In this document: one piece after another, positions 24,904 to 36,531 of the stretch
How positions within the stretch are numbered: the stretch's first letter is position 1
Layout: every line of letters begins with the position of its first letter
NCBI RefSeq assembly: GCF_947568905.1
Contig: NC_079173.1
Coordinates: 33,852,001-33,916,000, forward strand
Direction of reading: 5' to 3'
Length of the DNA: 64,000 nucleotides
From: Ostrea edulis
Taxonomy: Eukaryota
The notes under the pieces: generated by a model
The model's input: the letters and a program-made list of their open reading frames with translations, nothing else
What the model was told of the DNA's origin: nothing
Database searches by the model: none
Program-made: the position numbers and the translations under genes

Positions 24904-25798
24904 AGGGGCATGGACACAATTTAAGCTTAAAATTTTCAAATTTTATTTTTTTCATTTTTAATGTTTAGAATGCTTAATTAAGGCATTTCTAATGGTCAGC
25001 AAAAATTTGAATGTCAGTTGTCAAAGTATATGGGAGATACAGAGCTCGCAAGTCTTTGTCATGTGAACAGGCCTCGTGGGGTACTACTGAACAGAGTACG
25101 TTAGAGTACGATAGAGTACTTTATAGTACGCTAGTAAAATTTCAATATTTAATGCAATTCAATTGTTTATTTGTATGTATACCACTTAAATAAAGATGAT
25201 TATAAAATAATAGTGCAATATTTGTCAAAAGTATTTGGTATTTTAGCGATATTTTGACCAGAAAACATTAAATGTATTGAAGATTTACGGCATCCCGATC
25301 CCGATTATTGTTTTGTTTTGAAAAAGTATTAAATTTGATCGGGATCGGAATCAAACGGTAAACTTTAACTTACAATAATTCCTAAAATAATGAAAACAAA
25401 CACAATATATTTCAGATGTACATTTATTAGGTTAAACTAAAGTAAGAACATCTACGAAAAGCAGTTAAATTGCATTAAATTATGAAATTTTACTAGCGTA
25501 CTCTAAAGTACTCTATCGTACTCTGTTTAGTAGGACCGGGCCTCGTGCCATGTTTTTGTTTACATATGTTAAATATACTAGTAAAGGTTCGTTTAAAGCA
25601 GATTTGTCAATTTACAATTTTGAAAGCAGTTTCTAGTTTTTAGCACAAATCATTTTGTTTTACAAATGCTATTTTCTATTAAGCAATCCATATGTAAATT
25701 TAAAAAAAATGGCACGAGCCTTGTTTACATAACAAAGAATTGCGAGTGCTGCATCTCACTTGTAAAAGAATTTCCAGCTCAATCGTGTCTATGCCCCT
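24904..25798. mobile_element. Kolobok-like non-autonomous element (TTAA TSD) carrying a nested MITE
   Basis: TTAA|AGGGGCATGGACACAATT … AATCGTGTCTATGCCCCT|TTAA. Confidence 0.75.
25079..25538. mobile_element. Nested MITE with 9-bp TSD (Mutator- or Merlin-like)
   Basis: GGCCTCGTG duplicated at 25070-78 and 25539-47; long imperfect TIRs (tact.aacagagtacg … agtacgctagtaaaatttca). Confidence 0.75.
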
Positions 25799-25889
25799 TT
25801 AAGACCTTACAAACAATGCAAATAACAATCATTTTTATGTCCCTGGGCATATTGCTTTGCACCTTTCAGTCCGTCGGTAGACCACGTTC

Positions 25890-26500
25890 GCTCAATATCT
25901 TGAAAACCATTCACTTGATTTTCCAAGTCAAAAGGTCAATCCACTCTGGACATAGGAAGACATTGTCCGCTCAATATCTTGAGAACCATTTTGCTTGAGA
26001 GACATCAAACTTGGTACATCCTAAGTAGATGACCCCCTATTGATTTTGAGGTCACATGGTCCAAGGTCAAACTGGACTTAGGAATATACTGTCCGCTCAA
26101 TATTGAGAACCCTTTGCTTGACAGACATCAAACTTGATACACTGGTATATCTTCAGAAGAAGATGACCTCTATTGATTTGAAGTCACATGGTCAAGGGTC
26201 AAACTGGACATAGGAATATACTGTCCACTCAATATCGAGAACCCTTTGCTTGACAGAAATCAAACTTGGTACACTGGTACATCTTAAGGAGTAGATGACC
26301 CTATTTGATTTTGAAGTCACCTGGTCAAAAGTCAACCTGGACATAGTAATATAATGTCTCCTATATTTTAAGAATCATTTCCTTGATTGACACCACACTT
26401 GGTACACTGGTACAACATAGGGAGTAGATGACCTCTATTGATTTTGAGGTCACATGGTTAATCCATTCTGGAGATATTGTCCACTCAATATTTTGAAATG
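25890..26500. repeat. Degenerate tandem array of about 125-bp monomers (about 5 copies), Helitron/Helentron-associated satellite type
   Basis: Recurrent gatgaccc.tattgattttgaggtcacatggtcaa.ggtcaaactggacatagga and gacatcaaacttggtaca blocks. Family assignment is inference. Confidence 0.6.
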
Positions 26501-26922
26501 ATTTGGCACTACTATCAATCTATTAAATTAACATACTAGTGTTGAATACATTTATTTATTTCATATCTGAATTCATGCATCAATCACAATGACTATCACA
26601 TCCTTTACAATCAACAAGCAAAATCACTATACGCTGCTGAAAATATCATTATGATGATTGTTGAAATTATTAAAATTGTGACCTTTAGTGACCTGACTAA
26701 TGAGTAAAATACCTGTTATCTGTATTCATAACAAAAGATAATCATTGTACAAAAAATACTGTATAAAATCTTAATTAAAAAGAACAATCAATTTGTGACT
26801 GATTTTACATTTGAAAAACGGATCACAATTACTGAAATCACAATATTTCAGGTTAACTTCTACATACAAGAGAGCAAATGCAAACTGCAGATTTATTCTG
26901 AGAGTTCTAGCATTCCCAAGAT

Positions 26923-27018
26923 TCATTCACAACGGTCAGGATGTGCCCACTGGTCAAGTGACTTCCCAATCTTTTTCTTTACAGCCTCTGTGGCATCTGT
27001 CAACTCGTGGACAACCTT
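26923..27018 (-). CDS. AKR exon 8 (KVVHELTDAT…WAHPDRCE*)
   Basis: Acceptor actttgcag|AAG, phase 0; TGA at 26925-26923; AATAAA on the minus strand about 26 nt downstream. Confidence 0.85.
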   Translation of the reverse strand, partial: KVVHELTDATEAVKKKIGKSLDQWAHPDRCE

Positions 27019-27084
27019 CTGCAAAGTGTTCAGTAAAACAGATAGTCAAAACAGGTTCATTATAATGACATTAATATCACAACA

Positions 27085-28165
27085 TGTCTATCTGTAATTC
27101 TGACCTTGTTCATCAACATGTCTGTAAGTCTATCTGTAACTCTGACCTTGTTCATCAACATGTCTGTAAGTCTATCTGTAACTGTAACCTTGTTCATCAA
27201 CGTGTCTGTAAGTCTATCTGTAACTCTGACCTTCTTCATAACATATCTGTAAGTCTATCTGTAACTCTGACCTTGTTATCAACATGTCTGTAAGTCTATC
27301 TGTAACTGTAACCTTGTTCATCAACATGTCTGTAAGTCTATCTGTAACTGTAACCTTGTTCATCAACATGTCTGTAAGTCTATCTGTAACTGTGACCTTG
27401 TTCATCAACATGTCTGTAAGTCTATCTGTAACTGTGACCTTGTTCATCAACATGTCTGTAAGTCTATCTGTAACTGTGACCTTGTTCATCAACATGTCTG
27501 TAAGTCTATCTGTAACTGTGACCTTGTTCATCAACATGTCTGTAAGTCTATCTGTAACTGTGACCTTGTTCATCAACATGTCTGTAAGTCTATCTGTAAC
27601 TGTGACCTTGTTCATCAACATATCTGTAAGTCTATCTGTAACTGTGACCTTGTTCATCAACATGTCTGTAAGTCTATCTGTAACTGTGACCTTGTTCATC
27701 AACATGTCTGTAAGTCTATCTGTAACTGTGACCTTGTTCATCAACATGTCTGTAAGTCTATCTGTAACTGTGACCTTGTTCATCAACATATCTGTAAGTC
27801 TATCTGTAACTGTAACCTTGTTCATCAACATGTCTGTAAGTCTATCTGTAACTGTAACCTTGTTCATCAACATGTCTGTAAGTCTATCTGTAACTGATCT
27901 TGTTCATCAACATGTCTGTAAGTCTATCTGTAACTCTGACCTTGTTCATCAACATGTCTGTAAGTCTATCTGTAACTCTGACCTTGTTCATCAACATGTC
28001 TGTAAGTCTATCTGTAACTGTGACCTTGTTCATCAACATATCTGTAAGTCTATCTGTAACTCTGACCTTGTTCATCAATATGTCTGTAAGTCTATCTGTA
28101 ACTGTGACCTTGTTCATCAACATATCTGTAAGTCTATCTGTATCTTTAACCATGTTCATCAATAA
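27085..28165. repeat. 42-bp minisatellite, about 25 units, in AKR intron 7
   Basis: Unit tctgtaactgtgaccttgttcatcaacatgtctgtaagtcta, highly homogeneous in the centre. Confidence 0.95.
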
Positions 28166-28199
28166 ACGAAATGTGTTTGTGAAACACAAATGCCACCGA

Positions 28200-28411
28200 T
28201 AATGGCCAATTCCAAAGATGGCCAATGTCACATGGACAAATTAATATCTTGGTACCAGTAGAAAGATCTTCTCACAAGAAATGCTCAGGTGCAATATGAA
28301 AGCTCTAATATTTACCATTTAGAAGTTATGACCAATGTTAAATCTTTTTAAAAGTAGGTTAGACTCCAAGGTCAAAGGGTAAAAAATGATGGTACCCACG
28401 GAAAGGTCTTG

Positions 28412-28452
<41 letters not shown>

Positions 28453-28455
28453 TAC
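28200..28455. mobile_element. Interspersed repeat remnant with two diverged monomers about 141 bp apart (Helentron-type internal repeat)
   Basis: gaaagatcttctcacaagaaatgctcaggtgcaatatgaaagctcta versus gaaaggtcttgtcacaaggaatactcatgtgaaatatcaaagctcta. Confidence 0.45.
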
Positions 28456-28555
28456 TGCTCATACTATTTCATGTATAATTTGTTGTTGTATATACTTTAT
28501 ACCAGGTCCTATGAACTGAATGGTTCTTGGTCAATAAACAATAAAATACAATACA

Positions 28556-29050
28556 ATACCTGAGGAAGGTGTATAATTAGCCTGAGTTTACCCGAGAAAG
28601 GTGTATAATTAGCCTGAGTTTACCCGAGGAAGGTGTATAATTAGCCTGAGTTTACCTGAGGGAGGTCTATAATTGAGTCCGAGTTTACCTGAGAGAGGTC
28701 TATAATTATCCCGAGTTTACCCGAGGGAGGTCTATAATTAGCCTGAGTTTACCTGAGGAAGGTGTATAATTAGCCTGAGGAAGGTATATAATTAGCCCGA
28801 ATTTACCTAAGGGAGGTCTATAATTGAGTCCGAGTTTACCTGAGGGAGGTCTATAACTAGTCAGAGTTTACCTGAGGAAGGTATATAATTAGCCCGAGTT
28901 TACCTGAGAGAGGTCTATAATTATCCCGAGTTTACCTGAGGGAGGTCTATAATTAGCCTGAGTTTACCTGAGGAAGGTGTATAATTAGCCTGAGTTTACC
29001 TGAGGAAGGTGTATAATTAGCCTGAGTTTACCTGAGGAAGGTCTATAATT
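28556..29050 (-). repeat. 32-bp minisatellite made of the AKR exon 7 / intron 7 junction (about 15 donor copies)
   Basis: Minus-strand unit AATTATA(C/G)ACCTTCCTCAG|GTAAACTCAGGCT equals the last 19 exon nt plus the first 13 intron nt. Confidence 0.93.
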
Positions 29051-29193
29051 TCACAGTTCTCCACCATTTGCTCCGGTGTTCTAGCGCCCACTATGGCCAC
29101 TGGTACATTAGGCTGGTTCACCAACCACGACAACGCTGCCTTCGCCATGGGAACATTGGCCTTTTTGCATATATCACTCATCTTGGTAATTGC
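29032..29193 (-). CDS. AKR exon 7 (AITKMSDIC…SWLVNQPNVPVAIVGARTPEQMVENCEIIDLPQ)
   Basis: Acceptor acaattccag|GCA, donor CCTCAG|gtaaac; AKR-type AL.W…IVGART.EQ motif. Confidence 0.92.
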
Positions 29194-29305
29194 CTGGAAT
29201 TGTTTGTAAATCTCAATGTATTTCTAGATCATTATGAACATGGAACTTTCCTTACAGACACCTGCTTCCATTGAAACAATTATTCCAAATGCACTGTTAT
29301 ATATA

Positions 29306-29480
29306 CAGTTGAACTTAGGTATTTTGAACATCGATATCTCAAATACCATGAATATTTTGTAGTGAGTTGGAAGTACCAACTACATTTTCTGTTTACATTT
29401 TATCCTCAATATCGTGAACCCTTACATATCTCGAAGTTTTTTCTCAGCCCCATTGAGTTTGAGATAACGAGGCTCGACTG
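29306..29480. mobile_element. Tc1/mariner-type MITE
   Basis: TA|CAGTTGAACT … GGCTCGACTG|TA; imperfect TIRs with a TA duplication. Confidence 0.65.
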
Positions 29481-29585
29481 TATCTTTAAACTAGCTGTCC
29501 AGATTTAGTGTTACAGTTGCTGTGTAAAGGTTTAATCACTTGTTGCACAATGTGAAATGCTTGAAATTTTACATCTGTATCGAGT

Positions 29586-29849
29586 CCCGTGGGGATCCGG
29601 GTTAGAGTAGGTCCTCAGTACCCCTTGCTTGCTATAAGAGATGACTAAATGGGGCAGTCCTTCGGGTGAGACCGCAAAAACTGAGGTCCTGTGTCACAGC
29701 AGGTGTGGCACGATAAAGATCTCTCCCTGCTCAATGGCCATATGTGCCAAGCATAGGCCTAAATTTTGTAGCTCTTCATCGGCAGTGGTGACATTCTCCA
29801 TATGAATGAAATATTCTTGAGAGGGACATCAAACAATATTCAATCAATC
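29586..29849 (+). mobile_element. SINE (same family as 14252-14483)
   Basis: Aligns to the reverse complement of 14252-14483; (CAAT)n tail. Confidence 0.75.
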
Positions 29850-29929
29850 TGTATCGAGTGCTAATTCAAAGTGAACAGGCCAATTCCAATCAAGCCAAAT
29901 CTGACTATAAACAGGTAAAGGCCTGTATA

Positions 29930-30312
29930 TATAAGTCGGATTATACAGGTATCGCTGTATATGTTGCAATATAAAGGTTTCAATATATATGTCAGATTAC
30001 CAAGTTTCATCGTACATGTCAAATTAGCAAGGTTTCATTGTATATGTCAGATTAGACAGGTTTGACTGTACATGTTGGATTAGACAGGTGTCACTGTCGA
30101 CTATACATGTTTCACTATATATGTCGGATTATACAGGTTTCACTGTGTATGTCGAATTATAAAGGTTTCACTGTATATGTCAGATTATACAAATTTCATT
30201 ATATATGTTATATTATACAGGTTTCACTATATATGTCGGATTATACAGATTTCACTGTATATGTTGGATTATACAGGTTTTACTGTATGTTGGATTATAC
30301 AGGTTTCACTGT
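29930..30312. repeat. Degenerate tandem array (about 31 bp, about 12 units) of a mariner-like right terminus
   Basis: Repeating gtcggattatacaggtttcactgtata; the reverse complement starts TACAGTGAAACC, a TA|CAGT terminus. Confidence 0.6.
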
Positions 30313-30887
30313 ACTTTGGGCTATTTCTGAAGCCTCTTTGACTAAGAAATCAAAAGGTATTTCTTCTCTCCCATCTATAATCTCCATGGAAAGAGAAGAT
30401 GAACAATCGAATGGTACTCTCTTTATTCAGATCACAGATACAGGATAATATTGTTTCATCTGGTTGATTGAATACTGTGACCTTGACTCAGAAATCTATA
30501 AGGACCTCTTTTCCCCACCAAATTGCAATGCATGTACCGAGAATGAGGTAGCAAGATCAAATGATATCTCTTTCCATTGTATTGTTGATATATGATCTAT
30601 TGACCTGGGGATCAATATGCGAGTATGTTGAGGTAGCTAGGTTATAAAAAATTTTGCGAGGATAAAATCTGCGAAACAGTGATGTCATAGTTGAAATAAA
30701 TATAGGTATATCACTAAGTATATATCTTTAATTCTGATTTTATTTTCATGCAAGATTTATTCAAACATAAAATAAACCATGCAGCTACTAACATCGAAAG
30801 AAATATAAAATGTTATACTGATGTTGTGTAATTTGTGTCTGATCAGTATGATAGTAAACTGATGGCGTCATAACTATACATCAATTG

Positions 30888-31185
30888 TATCTCGCTTAAC
30901 GTCTCTCTTGAGAATCTTTTACTCATATGGAGACGTCACCAAGACCGGCGAAGGGCTTCAAATTTAGGCCTTTGCTCGGTGCTTATGGCCATTGAACAGT
31001 AATTGTTCTTTAGCGTAACACACCTACTGTAACACGAGACATCCGTTGTTAAGATCATCTCCGAGGACCTGTGACATTCACACCTGATGCTGAGCATCTG
31101 GTGATGGAACTGCCACTACCTGTTTTAACGACTTAAAGTCTGTCGCGGCAGGGATTCGAACCCCGTACTTCTGCATGCGGGGAAC
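30888..31185 (-). mobile_element. tRNA-derived SINE, near full length
   Basis: B-box-like gggattcgaacccc at about 31151; 3' half shares gagacgtcacca … tttaggcct.tgctcgg with the other SINE copies. Confidence 0.75.
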
Positions 31186-31958
31186 TATACATCGAGTGAT
31201 ATTGACACATGTAAAGATTTTGTTAACTGTGACATGTAAATATCAACAAAATATGGAGGATTTGAAATATATGCAATGGAGTATACATGTATAATGTGAA
31301 ACACTGAGAATTTATTGATATTATATAGGTATGTTTTCATTCTGTTCAACAGAAAAAGATTCTGTACTTCATCTGATGTTCCTGTCACATACTGAAATAA
31401 AACTGCAAAAGTATAACACTGTGCTACATACTTTTAGAGCCTTTTTATACACCGTGTGAAAGATAAAAAAAAAATAACAAACATGACAATTGCTGCTAGA
31501 ATCATCTGATAAGAAAAATTTCAAAGAAAACTAATTTCGTGTTTAAATATTCAATAATCATTTCTTACTGAAAGCGGTAGGATTCTAGCAGCACTTTTGA
31601 TATACTATGGGTGTTTTACCGTCATCATTGCCAGTTAGATCAATGTTTAAATCCTGGGGTAGTATGTTACTTTTCCATTTTCTATTAATGTACATTCGTG
31701 ATCTATTTATAACAGTCATACAATGACGTCATACAAAAGCACATATTTGTCATGTTGTTATGATACAAAATGTTCTCATGTGAACAACCACAATAGTTTT
31801 ATAGTGTTAATAGCTCCTTCCCTCTGTGTAGGACATTATTTAAAGACTGTATAATTTACGTGCATAAATGGAGTATGACCTGCCTTAACATACCCCGCAT
31901 TAAAGGCAGCTTTTCCCTCTTACCTCTGTTACAATCATGGGACTAAAACATGAAATGA

Positions 31959-32152
31959 TACTCTATAGGGGGGCCTGCAGTACTTATGAATGGTCCCGTT
32001 ACTCTATAGGGGGGCCTGCGGTACTTATTAATGGTCCCGTTACTCTATAGGGGGGCCTGCAGTACTTATTAATGGTCCCGTTACTCTATAGGGGGGCCTG
32101 AAGTACTTATTAATGGTCCCGTTACTCTATAGGGGGGCCTGCGGTACTTATG
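31959..32152. repeat. 41-bp tandem repeat, 5 units
   Basis: Unit actctataggggggcctgc(a/g)gtacttat(t/g)aatggtcccgtt. Confidence 0.9.
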
Positions 32153-32283
32153 AATTTCTATACTCCCTGTCACAATGAATTATGAGAGGATATCAACAGT
32201 ATCTGAAAATTTGATGATTATATACAATATTTTTTTTTGGATTTACATGCATGTACATTTTATTTTAAATGGCCTATGAATAC

Positions 32284-32335
32284 CTCAAACACTTCTTTTT
32301 CTGCACCCTCTTGCCCATGCCTTGCTAAATGACAG
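32284..32335 (-). CDS. AKR exon 6 (52 nt; (S)CHLARHGQEGAEKEVFE)
   Basis: Acceptor tttttcttgtttcag|C, donor TTTGAG|gtattc; bridges phase 2 to phase 0 exactly. Confidence 0.85.
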
Positions 32336-32543
32336 CTGAAACAAGAAAAATATACCATTGTTGCTCAGATATTTAATAATTTTGGTGTTGCATAAAATAA
32401 CTTTAATTAACACTGTGCTTAATTTTAACACACACACACACAGAAAGAGAGAGATAGAGAGAGAGAGAGAGCGATACTATATAAAGTATTATGCCACAAA
32501 ACAGAAGAAATAGGCCAGTATTAAGGTCACCAACTAAATCTAC

Positions 32544-32722
32544 CTCTCTGGAGAGAAGAGTTTCCCACGTCTTCTGCCCATAGGTATATCATCCACCTTC
32601 AGGAACCTCCCTGACAGAAGACCCTGCTGTAGCGGTGAGTAGGCAAGGATGCTGACTCCATACTTCTCACACACAGGTATAACTTCATGTTCCACCGACC
32701 GCCACAGTAAATTATAGCCAAT
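32544..32722 (-). CDS. AKR exon 5 (IGYNLLWRSVE…ILAYSPLQQGLLSGRF…FSPE)
   Basis: Acceptor ctgattgtag|ATT, donor GAGAG|gtagat (phase 2); AKR YNLL.R..E and AYSPL..GLL.G motifs. Confidence 0.92.
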
Positions 32723-34090
32723 CTACAATCAGTCAGGGGCATAAATACGTCAATATAATACTGACACAGACCGCCACAGTAAATTATAGCCAATCTACAA
32801 TCAGTCAGGGGCATAAATACGTCAATATAATACTGACACAGACCGCCACAGTAAATTATAGCCAATCTACAATCAGTCAGGGACATAAATACGTCAATAT
32901 AATACTGACACAGACCGCCACAGTAAATTATAGCCAATCTACAATCAGTCAGGGGCATAAATACGTCAATATAATACTGACACAGACCTCCACAGTAAAT
33001 TATAGCCAATCTACAATCAGTCAGGGGCATAAATACGTCAATATAATACTGACACAGACCGCCACAGTAAATTATAGCCAATCTACAATCAGTCAGGGGC
33101 ATAAATACGTCAATATAATACTGACACAGACCGCCACAGTAAATTATAGCCAATCTACAATCAGTCTGGGACATAAATACGTCAATATAATACTGACACA
33201 GACCGCCACAGTAAATTATAGCCAATCTACAATCAGTCAGGGGCATAAATACGTCAATATAATACTGACACAGACCGCCACAGTAAATTATAGCCAATCT
33301 ACAATCAGTCAGGGGCATAAATACGTCAATATAATACTGACACAGACCGCCACAGTAAATTATAGCCAATCTACAATCAGTCAGGGGCATAAATACGTCA
33401 ATATAATACTGACACAGACCGCCACAGTAAATTATAGCCAATCTACAATCAGTCTGGGACATAAATACGTCAATATAATACTGACACAGACCGCCACAGT
33501 AAATTATAGCCAATCTACAATCAGTCAGGGGCATAAATACGTCAATATAATACTGACACAGACCGCCACAGTAAATTATAGCCAATCTACAATCAGTCAG
33601 GGGCATAAATACGTCAATATAATACTGACACAGACCGCCACAGTAAATTATAGCCAATCTACAATCAGTCAGGGGCATAAATACAATATAATACTGACAC
33701 AGACCGCCACAGTAAATTATAGCCAATCTACAATCAGTCAGGGGCATAAATACGTCAATATAATACTGACACAGACCGCCACAGTAAATTATAGCCAATC
33801 TATAATCAGTCAGGGGCATAAATACAATATAATACTGACACAGACCGCCACAGTAAATTATAGCCAATCTATAATCAGTCAGGGACATAAATACGTCAAT
33901 ATAATACTGACACAGACCTCCACAGTAAATTATAGCCAATCTATAATCAGTCAGGGACATAAATACGTCAATATAATACTGACACAGACCGCCACAGTAA
34001 ATTATAGCCAATCTATAATCAGTCTGGGACATAAATACAATATAATACTGACACAAACCTCCACAGTAAATTATAGCCAATCTACAATCT
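32696..34090 (-). repeat. 72-bp (some 69-bp) minisatellite made of the AKR intron 4 / exon 5 junction (20 acceptor copies)
   Basis: Minus-strand unit TGTGTCAGTATTATATTGACGTATTTATGCCCCTGACTGATTGTAG|ATTGGCTATAATTTACTGTGGCGGTC; repeat starts counted at 32701, 32773 … 33991, 34060. Confidence 0.95.
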
Positions 34091-34661
34091 ACAGGGGCAT
34101 AAGAGAATAATCATAACAATACACAAAGTGGGGCATCCCCTCAGCAATTAGTCAGAGACAAAGGAAAAAGATCATAATCCAACATAATATGTACAAACAA
34201 GAGCTTCTCAAAATGGAGAATCCCCTCGACAATCAGTCAGGTGCATAAAAGCATAATCATAATATAATCCGTAAAGCGGGGAATCCCCTCAGCAATCAGT
34301 AAATGTAAGTTTATTTTAATATGAAGTTCCACCTTGACCTTTCACTTTATAATCAATAGGGTTCCAACTAACAAAGCTAAATGTGAAATATCAAATCAAC
34401 TGAGCAAAAATATGGCCTGAGTGTCTACAACCTAAATGTTACACACAATTTGTACTGTTTTTCAATTGGGGGAGGGGCTAATTTTCAACAACAAAAATTT
34501 GTCCGACTCCGGTATTACACTTCTTGTTTACATTTCCGGTATAGGAACGTGAAAAGTCACATGAAGAAAATAGATTTATATGGTTTTCTTAATTTCTCGC
34601 GTTCTTACAGACGTAAATCTTGAAGAAGTTAGGTACATGTATATTTCTGTTATATCCTTAA

Positions 34662-35178
34662 AGGGACTGATTCACGATTTTACCCAAAATTTAGTTTTTC
34701 ACTTTTAATGATCAAAATCTACTGTCTAATGTGTTTGAAAGATTTCACATGAAAATTAAGGTTATACATCATCACAGAAGCTCAGTTTAGAGAGTTTATT
34801 ATTTGTTTTGTAAATAAAGATTGCAGTATGCTATTGTTTACAAAATTTTCAAAAGAAATGGATATCGATCTAAGTATTATTATATCTTTCACATTTCAAG
34901 CATTTTTGGGGTGAAATGTGTCATCTAAAAGTTAAAATTTGTTACTATGCAAAATTAAGATGCATTATATTGCAAAATTAATATTTCACTTGTTTGTTTG
35001 TTTACATAAAAAGACTCGAGTCTTTGTTTACATAACACATATTTAAGGCTAAAATATTACTTTTATTCTTGCATTCAGAAGGTCAAAATTTTGGCTCTCA
35101 ACATTAAATGAGCTATATTTCTAATGTTTAACATCAAAAATGAAAAATATTTTTATCAAAAATCGTGAACCAGTCCCT
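34662..35178. mobile_element. Kolobok-like MITE, copy 1
   Basis: TTAA|AGGGACTGATTCACGATTTT … AAAATCGTGAACCAGTCCCT|TTAA. Confidence 0.8.
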
Positions 35179-35288
35179 TTAAGTTAAAGCTTAACCTGGA
35201 ATTAGTGTATGAAAATAGCAAAGATTGATATCCATCTGCCATTAAATGATGTGGATCTGTTGGGAAAAAAAACCTCGTTTGTCTTTAA

Positions 35289-35801
35289 AGGGACTGGTTC
35301 ACGATTTTTGAAAAAAATATTTTTCATATTTGATGTCAAACATTAAAAAATATAACTGATTAAATGATGACAGCCAAAATTTTGAACTTCTGAACGCAAG
35401 AAAAAAAGCAATATTTTAGCCTTAAATCTGTGTTATGTAAACAAAGACTCGAGTCTTTTCATGTATACAAACAAACCAGTGAAATGTTAATTTTGTAATA
35501 TAAAGCATTCTAATTTTGCAAAGTTGCAAATTTTAACTTTTAGATGACACATTTTACCCGAAAAATGCTTGAAATGTGAAAGATATAATAAACTTAGATC
35601 GATATCCATTTCTTTTGAAAATTTCGTAAACATAACATACCGCAATCTTTGTTTACAAAACAATTAGACTCTCTAAAATGAGCTTCTGTAATGATGTATA
35701 ACCTTGATTTTTATGTGAAGTCTTTTAAATACATTAGACAATAGATTTTGATCATTAAAAGTGAAAAACAAAATTTTGGGCGAAATCGTGAATCAGTTCC
35801 T
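35289..35801. mobile_element. Kolobok-like MITE, copy 2, inverted relative to copy 1
   Basis: Same TIR and TTAA flanks; the interior is the diverged reverse complement of 34662-35178. Confidence 0.8.
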
Positions 35802-36531
35802 TTAATATTTTTCTCAGAAAATAAAAATTAAAATCCTCCCATCCACTCCATACTTTTTGCTGACCCTGGATGATAATCTACTAATTAAGTTGAATTGGCC
35901 TAAGGATGATTTTTTTAAGGGGGGGGGGCTCATTTTCATAATTTGCTTAGTACTAGGGACATCCATACAAATTTTCATAATTTTCTTTGGAGTTAATTTA
36001 GAACACACAAAGAAATTAGAATTTTCTGTGAACAAAAGATTACAGTTCTGAAGACATCTACCAAAGATGGATAACTCATCCAGCACAAAATCAAGATCTC
36101 GTGAACAATGCTTTTTTTCAAATCCCTCAACTTCATTCAACTAAAATAAGTGATTTTACAGAACATTGTTAAAGTATTTGTCAAAATTGTGTAAAATTTG
36201 AACTTTTCTTTTTCATGACAAGGTGCACAAAAGATATTATCATTGATGTTTTGATAAATAAAAACTTCAAAATATCATTTAATCTGTCTTCAAGCATCTA
36301 TAAAAACTATATTCTATATTTTTGGAAACTTGCCATTAATGGATATAAAATTTGCAAATATTGCATGAATTACATGTAGATGAAAAGCAACAGCATTAGA
36401 TTTGAGTTTGTTGATTATTTTTGAAAATGATAACAATCATCAAAATACAATATAGTATAGTAACTGATTGATCAGCTCAGGGTTGGAAATTGAGCTAGAT
36501 GAAAGTCAGCCATTTCGATTTAAGCAGATAT

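Noticed and set aside
27214-28231. 219-aa and 293-aa repeat ORFs on both strands
   Set aside because: The 42-bp unit is stop-free in some frames by chance.
32599-34080. 493-aa ORF (LAIIYCGGLCQYY… repeats)
   Set aside because: It is the translation of the 72-bp junction minisatellite in a frame shifted from the AKR; its tail overlaps true exon 5 out of frame.
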